From assembly GCF_004010195.1 (NCBI RefSeq), contig NC_057719.1:27835458-27899457 (forward strand): 64,000 bases of DNA. The letters are read 5' to 3'. Within the stretch, counting starts at the first letter, position 1, and every line of letters begins with the position of its first letter. Under the pieces are notes generated by a model, which was not told where the DNA came from, searched no databases, and saw nothing but the letters and a program-made list of their open reading frames with translations. The DNA is from Chiloscyllium plagiosum (lineage: Eukaryota). Shown in pieces: positions 1 to 11,393 of the stretch. A program made the position numbers and the translations under genes.

Positions 1-655
1 TACTAAATAACTAAAAAAATCATTGTAGCTTTATCCTCTTAAAAACTAGATTTATAACTGCAAAACATACTGCATAAAGGACTGCTGGTACTTCTTAAGA
101 AAATATATTTTGTGCAATTGTGGCTACAATTAACAGCTGGCAAAGCAACAATGCTTGTCAGGCAAGTATCCTAAAGTACGTGAAATATCGAAGCATCATA
201 GACAATCTTGCCCATTCAAGTTTAAAGAATGGCCACAATTCTGACTAGAAAAAAGGTGCTACGTTCCCTTTAAGATTTGCTCAACGTCTTTGATTGAAAA
301 CCATTATAAATTAGACACTTACGTAAAATGTTATCAATGCTCTTTAAAATAGACCATAAACTCATTTACATATGATGTGTCACTCATATAATCGATCCTC
401 CAAATGCCATCCTAGGCTTGTCCATGTGCCTAAAAGCATCAAGTATAAAGATGATATTTTATAGAATTACAGACCTAGACCAATACTGCAAATAAACTGC
501 AGGTCATGGATGGGGTCAGTGGTGGAGTACTGCTAACAGAAAAACTTCAGTACTGTAGCCAGGCTTCTATAACAATCAGATTTAGAAAATATAAATAACT
601 GCTTTGGGTGATGGGGGCTTCACCATTGTCTGTTATTTTGTTCAGCCCTGTGAAC
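1..655 (-). other. HIF1A: HIF1A 3' UTR (partial; continues beyond the window)
   Basis: Follows the TAA stop and is AU-rich, with ATTTA pentamers on the minus strand at 4-8, 307-311 and 592-596. I see no minus-strand AATAAA within it. Confidence 0.8.
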
Positions 656-807
656 TTAGTTGATTTGATCCAATGCTCTGAGAACTTCTTCACCCTGAAG
701 CAAGGTTCTGTTGCCTTGGATAGGTGCATTCACTTCACAGTCGTAATTGGTGAGTGTTGGCAAGCTACTGCTCTCTGCTGAGTGAGTGAGAAGCCTTGAC
801 ACTATAT
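656..807 (-). CDS. HIF1A: HIF1A exon 15 coding part, C-TAD with N794 (human N803)
   Basis: ttcag|ATATAGTG...ATCAACTAA, 152 nt. [49 protein letters not shown]. Confidence 0.96.
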
Positions 808-1232
808 CTGAAAGTAAAAGATGACCAGAAATAAATACTCAATCAAAAATAGTTAAGAATTTTGTTTTTCAATTAGTAACTATCTTGTTATTTGCTTTAT
901 TCAATTTAACATAGCATATTCAGTTTTTGAAGTATGCAAAATGCAGTGATTAGATTCAGCAACTTGATACTCTAACCAAGATTTCTGAATTACGAGAACT
1001 AGCACTTGGATTTAAGACATTATTTTTGTCACTATATTTAAGTAATTTCTTAATGTTCCTTGCAGGACAGTTTCCACATTAAAGAAAGGTGGCTGTGCAA
1101 CCTATTTTCAAATTGCAATGATCAACAGATAATTAGATTAAATGTCCAGTCAACCTTTCAAACAAGAGATTACAGTCATACAGCATGGAATCAGACCCTT
1201 CGGTCCAACGTGTCTGCTATAACCAGATACCA

Positions 1233-1515
1233 TAGATTCCCTACAGTGTGGAAACAGGCCATTTGGCCCAACAAGTCCACACCAACCTTGAGTATCCCAC
1301 CCATACCCATTCCCCTAACCTATGCACCTAATCCACACACCCATGAATACTATGGGCAATTTAGCATAGCCAATTCACTTAACCTGCACATCTTTGGACT
1401 GTGGGAGGAAACCCACACAGACACATACAAACTCCACACAGTCAGCCGAGGCTGGAATCGAACTCTGGTCCCTGGCACTGTGAGGCAGCAGTGCTAACCA
1501 CTGGAGCTATCGTGC
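1233..1515 (-). mobile_element. HE1-type tRNA-derived V-SINE, nested in a CR1 3' tail fragment (about 1168-1610)
   Basis: Reverse-complement match to the SINE at 4653-4948. Confidence 0.8.
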
Positions 1516-1789
1516 ATATATCCTTGACTGATCTAGTCTCATCCCCCAGCATTTGGCTCAAATCCCTCTAAAACATCCTCTTCACATAGTTACGTAGATG
1601 ACTTTTAAATGCCCTCTTTTGTTCTGGAGTGTAAAGCTGGTATCATAAATTGAATTTTACATTTTATTTGGGAGGGACAAATGAGTTAAAATCATTTTTA
1701 ATTCAGTTAATACAAGCTGATGACAGAGCAGGAGACATTGTTTACTTGATTTTAGTAAAACCTTTATTTATTAGTCTGCTGTGCAGACC

Positions 1790-2535
1790 CTTATCAAAAA
1801 GTTAGATCATGTGGGATTTAGGGTGAGCTTGCCAATCGGATGCAAAATTAATTTGATGGTAGGAGACAGAAGGTAGTTGTGGAGGTTTGTTTTTATTTTG
1901 GACTGGAGGCCTGTGACCAGTGGTTGGTATTGTATCCACTTTTGTCATGTTATATAAAATGATTTGGAAGAGAATTTTGGAAGCAGGTAGTAAGTTTGCA
2001 TTTGACACCAAAATTGTTGGCATAATGGTCAGTGAAGGTTAAGTATGATTACAAAGAGATCTTGATTAACTGAGCAAATGAGTGGCAGGTGGAGTTTAAT
2101 TTGGGTAAATGCAAGGTATTGCATTTTGGTAAAATGAACAAGTGTAGGATTTGTACAATTAATGGAAGGACCCTGGGGAACGTCGTAGAACAGATGTAGG
2201 AGTTGAGGGGTGACCTTCATAAGTGGTTTATAAAATCATGAGGGGTATAGATAAGGTGAATAGCAAAGATCTATTCCCTAATGGGGGGAAATATATGTAA
2301 GGTGCGAGCAGAAAGATTTAAGGCCGAGGGATTTTTTTTTTAGTGGTTAGTGTGTGGAATGAACTGTCAGAGGAAGAATGGATACAGGTTGAGTTACACA
2401 ATTTAAAAGCCATTTGGATAAGTACATGAAAAGAAAAGGTTTGGAGGGATTCAGTTAAAATGCAGGTAGTAGTTTAGTTTGGGATCACAGTTGGTATGGC
2501 CTAGTTGGACTGAATGGTTTGTTTCATGCTGACTA
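1790..2535 (+). mobile_element. Degenerate CR1-type LINE 3' fragment
   Basis: RT remnants (WRPVTSG, SKFA.DTK) and a 3' tail like the copy at 62798-63531. Confidence 0.75.
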
Positions 2536-2625
2536 CGAACAAGAAAGCCTTTGTCTTTTTTCACCCTGCCCCAGTATTGCAGAACAAAATACCGAGGGGG
2601 TAAAAGAAAAAAAAGTCAAACTTGC

Positions 2626-2743
2626 CAGTTGGTACCAACACGAGTGTCTTCTGTTCACTGTTACTGTCTTCCAATCCCTTTGCACGTTTCCATGTTTGTG
2701 ATGTACTCACTGGAGGGTCAGTGTCACTTTGGAATAATAATCC
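2626..2743 (-). CDS. HIF1A: HIF1A exon 14, with non-canonical GC donor
   Basis: aacag|GGATTA...CCAACTG|gcaagt, 118 nt. GLLFQSDTDPPVSTSQTWKRAKGLEDSNSEQKTLVLVPT, similar to human WKRVKG...EQKTIILIPS. This boundary gives the phase 1 needed to join exon 15. Confidence 0.85.
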
Positions 2744-4485
2744 CTGTTCAAAAGAAAAATTACTGGATTCCAGTTTAACTGTTTAATCAGCAAAATAAAA
2801 ACTGTTGGTATAATAGAAGGTTAAATATTTACATTGTTAGGTGGCTCATATCTTTCAAGTATTGAAAACACCACCTCTTGACAATTATATAACCTTATAG
2901 ATCTACAGACCATCATCAAATATGACTCTGTAGGGATTCTATTTATAGTGTAGAAACAGGCCATTCAGCCCAACAAGTCCACAACAACTCAGAGCATCCC
3001 ACCCAGTCACCTCCCCCAAAATAAACACACACAACCAATAACCCTGTATTCCCCATGGCTAATCCACCTTACCTATCACATCCCTGGACACTGAAAAAGG
3101 GTTATGATAATCCTTAATTCTTCACTGAAGTTCAAATTCTACAATAACATTTGGTGAGGTTATTTTCCAGTTTGCACATTTAATTCATACCATTTGCAAT
3201 TTACAACAAGACCAATTTGGAAGCTTTATAAAAATGGACACTATTTTGGAAAATAATCTCAAAACTGAAAATTCCAGAATTCAATATAATGAAAATTGAG
3301 GCATGGTCAATCATTACAAGTCATTGGCTTTTCCTATAGGACTGATGATTTACAAACATTAATGATCAGATATTGGCATTGCAGTAATTCTTGTCATCTG
3401 TGTAGATTGATGTACACACAAAACTAGATGCAAAATGCAGTGCAACTTCATTCGTATCCTTATGGCGACCTCACTTGAATTTATAGTAAATATTAAAAAA
3501 TGAATTAGTTATTTTGTACCCTAGTTAGGGCTCTTACAGAAATGCTTAGCAATTGCAATTGTGTGGTCATGCAGATAAGAATTTAATTTTTGAAAAATCT
3601 GTTTGGGGATGTGGGATCACTGGCTAGGTCACCATTTATTCGGTTTCCTAATTGTCCAGAGGGTAGTTTAGAGTTAACTGTATTGCAGTAGTTCTGGAGT
3701 CACAATAGTAGATTCCTTTCCCTAAAGGACATCAGTGAACCAGATGTGTTTTATGACAAACGGCAGTGATTACATGGCTACCATTAGGCTAGAGTTTTAT
3801 TCCTAGATTATTGAATTCAAATTTTTGTTTTTAAAAAACTAATGACAGGAACAATGATTGCGAGAAAGCAATAAACATAAGTGTTAAAGACAATTTGAAG
3901 TAGCTATTACAATTCTTAGAAATGCAAACTCCTTGTTACTGAATTATTACAAATTATTGCAAGCACACATCTTAAATATAGAACGCGTGTTGTGAAGTTT
4001 TAACTCAAAATAAAGCCCCACTATTGCATATTTTGTTGCAAACCTTGAACAGAGCATCACATAGCTGATTAGTTGTTTTCCAACATTGCAAAAGACTGGA
4101 AACAAAATTTAGTATGCTGAGATTCAACCATATAAAGGTGTAAAAGCCTGAACTGTACTGGAAGTGTTCTTTTAAAAAAGTATTACGTCCGAGTCTCATC
4201 AGGATTTCACTTGAGGTCAATGCAAAAACAACAGAATGACTTGATAGTTAAATCATAGTTCATTTGCCCCTGCACAATCACTTGTGCCAAAAACAGTAAT
4301 TTAATTTTTGTTTCCAATTATCACAATACACAACAGTAAAAATTCACTGTTGTTCAAGATAGAAAAGTGGTTGAGAGTCTGAGGAAGCTTGTGGGATGGA
4401 GAGTATTTTTGGTGGGATCAAGAGGCCAGGCATTGATTAGTGGGGTAACACAATGGTAAGTGCTTAGGCCCTAATTATGCATGGA

Positions 4486-4646
4486 GATCAGAGTCCAGAT
4501 TGGAGTAGTGCTGGAAAAGCACAGCAGATCAGGCAGCATCCAAGGAGTAGGAAAATAGATATTTCGGGCAAAGGCCCTTCACCCGAAATGTCTATTTTCC
4601 TGCTCCTCGGATGCTGCCTGACCCTTCTGTGCTTTTCCAGCACCAC
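4486..4646. mobile_element. Fold-back Penelope-derived short element (hammerhead core deleted), inside an L2/CR1 fragment
   Basis: Inverted arms at 4505-4568 and 4582-4646; same family as 47382-47610. Confidence 0.75.
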
Positions 4647-4652
4647 TAATGT

Positions 4653-4948
4653 GGGCGGCACGGTGGCACAGTGGTTAGCACTGTTGCTTCACAGCGCCAG
4701 AGACCCGGGTTCAATTCCCGACTCAGGCGACTGACTGTGTGGAGTTTGCACGTTCTCCCCGTGTCTGCGTGGGTTTCCTCCCACAGTCCAAAGATGTGCA
4801 GGGTCAGGTGAATTGGCCATGCTAAATTGCCCGTAGTGTTAGGTAAGGGGTAAATGTAGGGGTATGGGTGGGTTGCGCTTCGGCGGGTCAGTGTGGACTT
4901 GTTGGGCCGAAGGGCCTGTTTCCACATTGTAATGTAATCTAATCTAAT
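4653..4948 (+). mobile_element. Full-length HE1-type tRNA-derived V-SINE
   Basis: A box TGGCACAGTGG at 4664, B box GGTTCAATTCCC at 4708, CR1-like 3' tail, (TAATC)n end. CTAATGT TSD at 4646-4652 and 4949-4955. Confidence 0.9.
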
Positions 4949-5269
4949 CTAATGTTGACCCTAGCTATTCATGGTGTATATATAAGTGACCTGAATGAGG
5001 GCACAAAATGCAATATTTGCAAATTAGCTGACAGCACATAATATAGGCAGGATTGGGAGGTGAGGATGACGCAAGAAAGTTTCAAGATGATTTTAACAAG
5101 TTGTGTGGGCAAACATTTAGCAGATACATGACAGTATAGCTAAATGTAAAGCTACACACTTCAGTGTGAAAATCATAAATCTTATTTAAATAGTGATATA
5201 TTGGGAAGCCTGTTTACTTATACATCAGAGAAAGCCGACAGGCAGGTGCAGCAAGCACCTTGGAAGGAA

Positions 5270-5585
5270 GTGGCCTCATGGTATTCTCACCAGACTAATC
5301 TTGGGACCCGTGTTTGAAACCTGCCGTGGGAGATGATAGTTTTTGAATTTGTTAAAACTGTGGAGTTAAGAGCCTAACGATGACCACAAAACCTTTTGTA
5401 GATGGTTGGAAAAACCCATATAGTTCACTAAATGCCTTTTAGGGAAGGACGGTGCCATCCTTACCTCATCTGGTATGGGACTCCAGACCCACAGCAATGT
5501 GGCTGGCTCTTAACTGCCCTTAGTTAGGTCAACATTTATTGTCTAGCCCTAAGTTAGCAACACACACATTTCATGAGTGAAGAGA
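5270..5585 (+). mobile_element. Second tRNA-derived SINE family (other copies about 3596-3830 -, 16845-17110 +, 40140-40505 +)
   Basis: Copies share the core GTTCACTAATG...TTTAGGGAAGGA...CTCCAGACCCACAGCAATGTGG...CTCTTAACTGCCCT. Confidence 0.65.
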
Positions 5586-6139
5586 AAAATCAAGAAATAG
5601 ACACATTCAATTTTAAAGCATTATTGAGTATGGGAAGAAATATGGTAATGAGAGAGCAGCTATACTGACCTGAAGAACTGAATGGAAAAACACAAAACCT
5701 GAACTGCACGAGTTTTCCAGTTTCCATTTTTATGATGTCTATCTTTCAGCTAATAGACAAATGTAATTTCCTAATTCCAGCAGATATTTAGGTACAGTTA
5801 TATAACTGATGCTAGTACAAACAAAATACTTGTGATCTTTCTGCAGTTGCTGCTTACATAGAAAGATTAACTTCTATTGCTTGTGTTTCAGTTTTGGCCC
5901 ATTTTAATGACATGAGGATTGTGCAATTTCCATAAGGTTTTATACACTAAGGAATTTTTGATCATTATGCTAATTGGGCTCTACTATACAAGGGGTTCTT
6001 CAATTTCCTTTACAAAAAATGTCAATTCTTATGTTTGTCTGAGAGCATGTCCTACAGTTTAGAAAGTACTCAAACAACCTGCATTATGGTAATAGCAAAA
6101 TTTGTCCACAAGCTGCCACTGCAAAAATACACCTTCAAT

Positions 6140-7905
6140 GACGCTTCAAACAAATCCCGAAAAGATATTATGGGGGCACTGGCTGACATTCTGGCAGCAG
6201 AGTTAGCCACCGATTCCAGAAGACTGGAGTGTACCAAGTGTTGTGCCCTTATTCACGGAGGCTGCAAAGAAACACCTGGAAACTGTAGACCAGTAAGCCT
6301 AACATCTGTGCAGGTAAGTTACTTGAGAAGATTCTGAAAAAGATATACATGCATTTGGAAAGACAGGGTTTGATTAGGAGTAGTCAGCATGGCTTTTGTT
6401 TGAGAGATCATACCTCATAAGTTTATTAGAGTTCGTTGATGAAGCGACCAGAAAGATTGACGAGGGCAGGGTGGTAGATATAGTCTACATGAATTTCAGT
6501 AAGGCATTTGGTAAGATTCCACCATGGTAGGCTGTTCTGGAAGGTTAGAGCACATGGAATCCAGAGGAATCTGGGAAATTGGATACAAAATTGGCTTGTG
6601 GTAGGAAACTTGTTGGACTGGAAGCCTGTGACTAGTTTGGTGCTTCAGGAGTCGCTGCTGAGTCCATTGCAGTTTGCTATCCGTATGAATAATTTGGACA
6701 AGAATGTACAAGGTATGATCAGTAAGTTTGCAGATGATACTAAAATGGGGAATTGGGCTGCGAAATGGCTTATGGAGTTTGAGGTCTTGCATTTTGTAAA
6801 GTCAAATCAATGTAGGAGTTTCATGGTGAACGGTAGGGTCTTAAGAAGACTAGTGAAACAGAGGGACCTTGGAGTTCAAATTCACAATTCTCTGAAAGTG
6901 GAGTCACAGGTAGACAGGGCAGTGAAGGAGGCTTTTGGCCACTGGCCTTCAATCAGAGCACTGAGTATACATGTTTTAAAGTTATTCTGCAATTCTACAG
7001 GACATTAGTGAGACTGCACTTGGAGTAGTGTGTTCACTTTTGGTCACCTTTCGGAAGGATGTTATTAAACTGGAAAGAGTGCAGAAGAAATGTACAAGGA
7101 TGTTGCCAGGACTCAAGGGATTTAGTTACAGGAATTAGAGCATAGAAGAGATCTTATAGAAGTGTATAAGATCATGAGGGGCATGGATAAGGTGAATGCA
7201 TTCAGTCTCCCAGGGTTGGGGAAATTGAGGACTAGAGGGCATTAGTTTTGGCAGATGGAGTACAATGTGGAAAAGAGAGAGACTATTTTCTAAATGGGGA
7301 GAAAATTTAAAGTCTGAAGTGCAATGAGACTTGGAGTTCCATCCAGGATTCTCTCAAGGTCAACTTGCAGGTTGAGTTAAAAAGGCAAATGCAATGATGG
7401 CATTTATTTTGCGAGGACTTGAAAATAAAAGCAGTGATGTACCTCTGAGGCTCTGGTCAGACCCCATTTGGAGTAGTGTGTGCAGTTTTGGGCCAGGTCA
7501 TAGAGTATATTAAAGCCTGCGATAGATAGGTATACAGGGGATTAGGTTTCTCCCTGTAACCCTTATCAGCCACGATTGGTGGAGCAGACTCAATTGGCTG
7601 AATGGCCTTAATTTGTGCTTCTATGTCTTATGGTTTAAGGTTGGAGGGGAAAGAATAAATGGGAACCTGAGGGGCAACCAGAGAACCAAGGGTGGTAGAC
7701 ATATGGAATGAGCTGATAGCGGAAGTGATTGAGGTAGGTACATTAACATTTGAAAGGAATTTGAACAAATACATGGATAGGAAAGGTTTAGAAGGATATA
7801 GGCCAAGTGCAGGAAAATGGGGTTATAGTGTGGATGGACATTTTAGGCGGCATGCACCAATTTGGATTGAAGTGCCTGTCTCTATGCTGTTGGACTCTGA
7901 CTGGT
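6140..7905 (+). mobile_element. CR1-type LINE RT/3' fragment with nested LINE pieces
   Basis: ORFs 6035-6337 (PGNCRPVSLTSV) and 6508-7008 ([15 protein letters not shown]). Confidence 0.85.
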
Positions 7906-7959
7906 GACATGTGAAGAAGAAATCTATAGAAATTAAAGCTCACCATCTCCTATTTTTGC

Positions 7960-9950
7960 CTTCAACAGAATCACAGATCTCCAGCAGAGAAAAAGGCCCT
8001 TCAGCCCATCTAGTCTGTCTGCCAAAAACAACTACTGACTATTCTAATTTCATTTTCCAGCACTTGGCCTGTATCCTTGTATGCCGTGGCATCACAAGTG
8101 TATGCTGTAACATTTCTTACATGCAATGAAAGTTTCTGCCTCACAGGCAGATTCCCACTGTTTGAGAATGGAATAGTACAGGTTAGATGGGCTTCAGATT
8201 GATTTCACAGGTTGGTGCAACATTGAGGCCGAAGGCCCTGTACTGCACTCTAATGTTCTGTGTAAACATCCTGCTCCTTTATATTAAAATTTATGGCTCC
8301 TGGTAACTGATCCCTCACCAAGATGAAAAGTTATTTCCTTCTATACCATTGATAATTTTATACATCTCAATCATGACCCCCTCCTGCCCCTAGTTCCTTC
8401 ACAATTAGAACATGCTGTAGCCCAGGCAACATCCTGCTAAAAAAAAACTCTGCACCCTCTCCAGTGCAATCTCATCCTTCTTATACTGTGGATGCACATA
8501 ATATTCTGGCTGTGGACTAACCAAATCAATGCGCACATTAAGATTGCCCTGTTTTAAGTCACTCTTGTCTAATACCTTTTAAATAGAACTGGCATTCACT
8601 TGTAGCATTGTGGATTGTTGTAGAGAGTCAGCCATAGAGCATTTCAAGCCCTTCAGCCCACCAGGTCTATGCCGACCAATAAACTACACTAATCCCATTT
8701 ACCTACATTTTGGTCTATAGCCTACTTTGTCCAGCATTTTAAGTACTATCCAGCGAGAACCTATGCAGCCTCTCCTCCTGAGATTTTTGATCCCAGGCAA
8801 AGCCTTACCTGAAGAAGGAGCAGTGCTCTGAATGCTTGTGATTTCAAACCTGTTGGACTATAACCCGGTGTCCTATGACTTCTGACTTTATCAGGATTAA
8901 ACTCCATCTGCCATTGGTCTATCCAATTTACCAGCTAGCCAATAATCAGACAGTAGCCCAAGACCATCCTCACCACTGTCAACAACACCCCTCATTTTCA
9001 TTTCATCTGCAAACTTACAAATTAAAGTTTCTAAATTCACCTCGAAGTCCAAACACTGACTCCTGTCATACACCACTGGTCAAAGGTCTTCAATTTGCAA
9101 AACAACCCTCCTCTATCACCCCGTGCCTCCTATTTGTCAGCCAATTTTAGATGGTTTACCAACTTGCCTTGGATTCCATGGGCTCTTAACCTTTAAGATC
9201 AGACTTCAATGTGGGATGTTGTCAGAGGCCCTCTAGAAGTCCATGTGAGCCACATTGATTGTACTAAGTTCATCAATATATTTAGTCACCTTTTCAAATG
9301 ACTCAACTAAATTAAACAAATCTGCATTGCTTTTCCAAGTATTTATTGATTGTGTCCTTCAGAATTCTTTTCAATAATTTTCCTACCACAAACATCAGAA
9401 TAACTAGCCTGTAATTGCCTGGCCTATCCTTGCTGTCCCTCTTGAACAAAGGAACCACATTGTCTATCCTCCAGTTATTTGGCTCTTCACTTGTGGCCAG
9501 TGAAGTAGAAAATCTGCCAGGGTCCCAGCAATCCCCTCCCTTGCCTCCCATTATAAATCTGAAATACACTTCATAAAGCCCAGTAAAATATCTAATGCCT
9601 CCTCATCAGTCTTAACCATCCCAACTGACAAGTTGGCTAAAGGTCTTTCTCCTATGTGAATACAGAGAAGTATTAACTTAAGATCCCAACTATGTCCACT
9701 GGCTCTGTGCACAGGTTGCCCTTTCGTGTCTAATAGGTCCTGCTCTTTTCCCAGTAATCCTCCTAGTCTTAATATAAGAAATTACAAAAAGCCCTTGGTC
9801 CCATCTGCAAAGATATGGCCCCTTTTTGCCCTCCTAATTTCTTTAAGCAACCCTCTACACACTAAACATCTGACGGGCCTCCCCTGGTTTTTTTAATGCT
9901 CCAGACATATGGTTCCTTCTTTGTTCACAAAACTCGATCTCTTGAGATCC
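7960..9950 (-). mobile_element. Degenerate CR1-type LINE fragments
   Basis: ORF 9312-9569 (WRIDNVVPLFKRDSKDRPGNYRLV) plus reverse-complement 3' tails. Confidence 0.75.
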
Positions 9951-10691
9951 AGGATTCCCGGACTGTCTGTCATCACTCTGAATTCTCACTACACTACTTT
10001 TTTCAAAAGAACTTGCAACTAAGTCTAAATTTGCAAAGTGTAAGTAGCTGCTACCAGTCTATTGATATTGAAATTGGCCTTCCCTCAGTTTTGATACTTT
10101 TGCACTACCGACCATTCCCCTCTAATTTTCTTACCGACTGCAAAGGTCTGTGTGCAACAGTGACCTCTGGAAGCGGAAGTCAATGTTTTAATTGGCATGC
10201 TGACATAAATCATGTGCGCAGCTCAGATGGATGTTGCTCCCAACCTCTGATCACTGTTGAAACTCATTAACTCTCTAGCTTGAGGCTTACTTCTTTGAAG
10301 TAAGAGTAGATTTGAGCTGCAAGATCATTGTTCGCTTTCTGCGTATCTGCTTAAAAGGTGGCAGGAGGGTCAGGGAGAATACAGTGGCAAGGGGTGAAAT
10401 GAGGTGAGCGGAAGAGTTAACATATTTTTTAAAATGTACTCATTTAATACAAAATACTTAGGCTTACAGGGTATAACATTTAGTTTTTGATGGCAAATGA
10501 TCATAAAATTAAACTAAAGCTCCAAATTAGCTGCAGTGGGAAAATCTGAATCAAAGTTGTTCCATTTAAACTATACACTACACAGGTATGCAACCACCAC
10601 ATTAAGCAAGTAATTATTGTCCTGCATTCAATTCAACAATATTTTCTACACTCAGTTGGGGCTACACAATGGCATCAATTCAGTCACTGAA

Positions 10692-10819
10692 TTCCTGAAG
10701 AAGGGCTCATGCCCGAAACGTCGATTCTCCTGCTCCTTCGATGCTGCCTGACCTGCTGCGCTTTTCCAGCGACACATTTTCAGCTCTGATCTCCAGCATC
10801 TGCAGTCCTCACTTTCTCC
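10692..10819 (+). mobile_element. 128-bp Penelope-derived insertion with minimal hammerhead ribozyme core
   Basis: 17-bp TSD TCAATTCAGTCACTGAA at 10675-10691 and 10820-10836. Core CTGAAGA-A-GGGC-TCAT-GCCC-GAAA-CG-TC at 10695-10722. Confidence 0.85.
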
Positions 10820-11275
10820 TCAATTCAGTCACTGAAAAACTTAGTTGAAAGTAGGCTACTCAGCTCAGACTGATTTGACTGTGGTCTGAACTCCTTTCCT
10901 GCCTATCCCCTCGTAACCCTTGACTTTTTCATTGATCAAAAATCATTTAACTCTGTTTCAATTCAATGATCCAGACTTCACTCCTCTTTGGATAGAGAAT
11001 TCCACAGAGTAACAAAGAGAAAAAATCCTTTTCTCAGTGTTAAAGGGAAATCTGTCATTTTAAATTGTTTCCAACTCTAGACTCCCTCACAAGGAAAGCA
11101 TTTTCTTAACATCCACTGTGTCAAATTCCTCACAACTTCTACATCTTTCAATAAACTTCCCTGCCCATATTTACACAAGCATAGTTATTGAGTAACCTCC
11201 CAAAAGCTACTTACTACATATGCTGCAGTGAGATACATAGCGACTTTGTCATGGGCAATTAAAGTTAACACTTAC

Positions 11276-11393
11276 AATTCCAACTGCTTGGAAAAGGGAG
11301 GCTGCGTTTTCCAGCTTGCGTTTCCTCGGTGAGTTGTGCAAAATCAGTAATTGCGGGCTCAGCTCTTCATTTGGAGCTTCTCCTATTGCAGAT
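11276..11393 (-). CDS. HIF1A: HIF1A exon 13, C-terminal NLS
   Basis: tgaag|ATCTGCA...GGAATT|gtaagt, 118 nt. [39 protein letters not shown]. Confidence 0.9.

Noticed and set aside
4653..4725. tRNA gene
   Set aside because: The A and B boxes belong to a SINE head followed by SINE body and tail.
8806..8890. Active hammerhead of a second Penelope family
   Set aside because: CTGAAGA and stem II are present but GAAA is mutated to GAAT; counted only as a relic.
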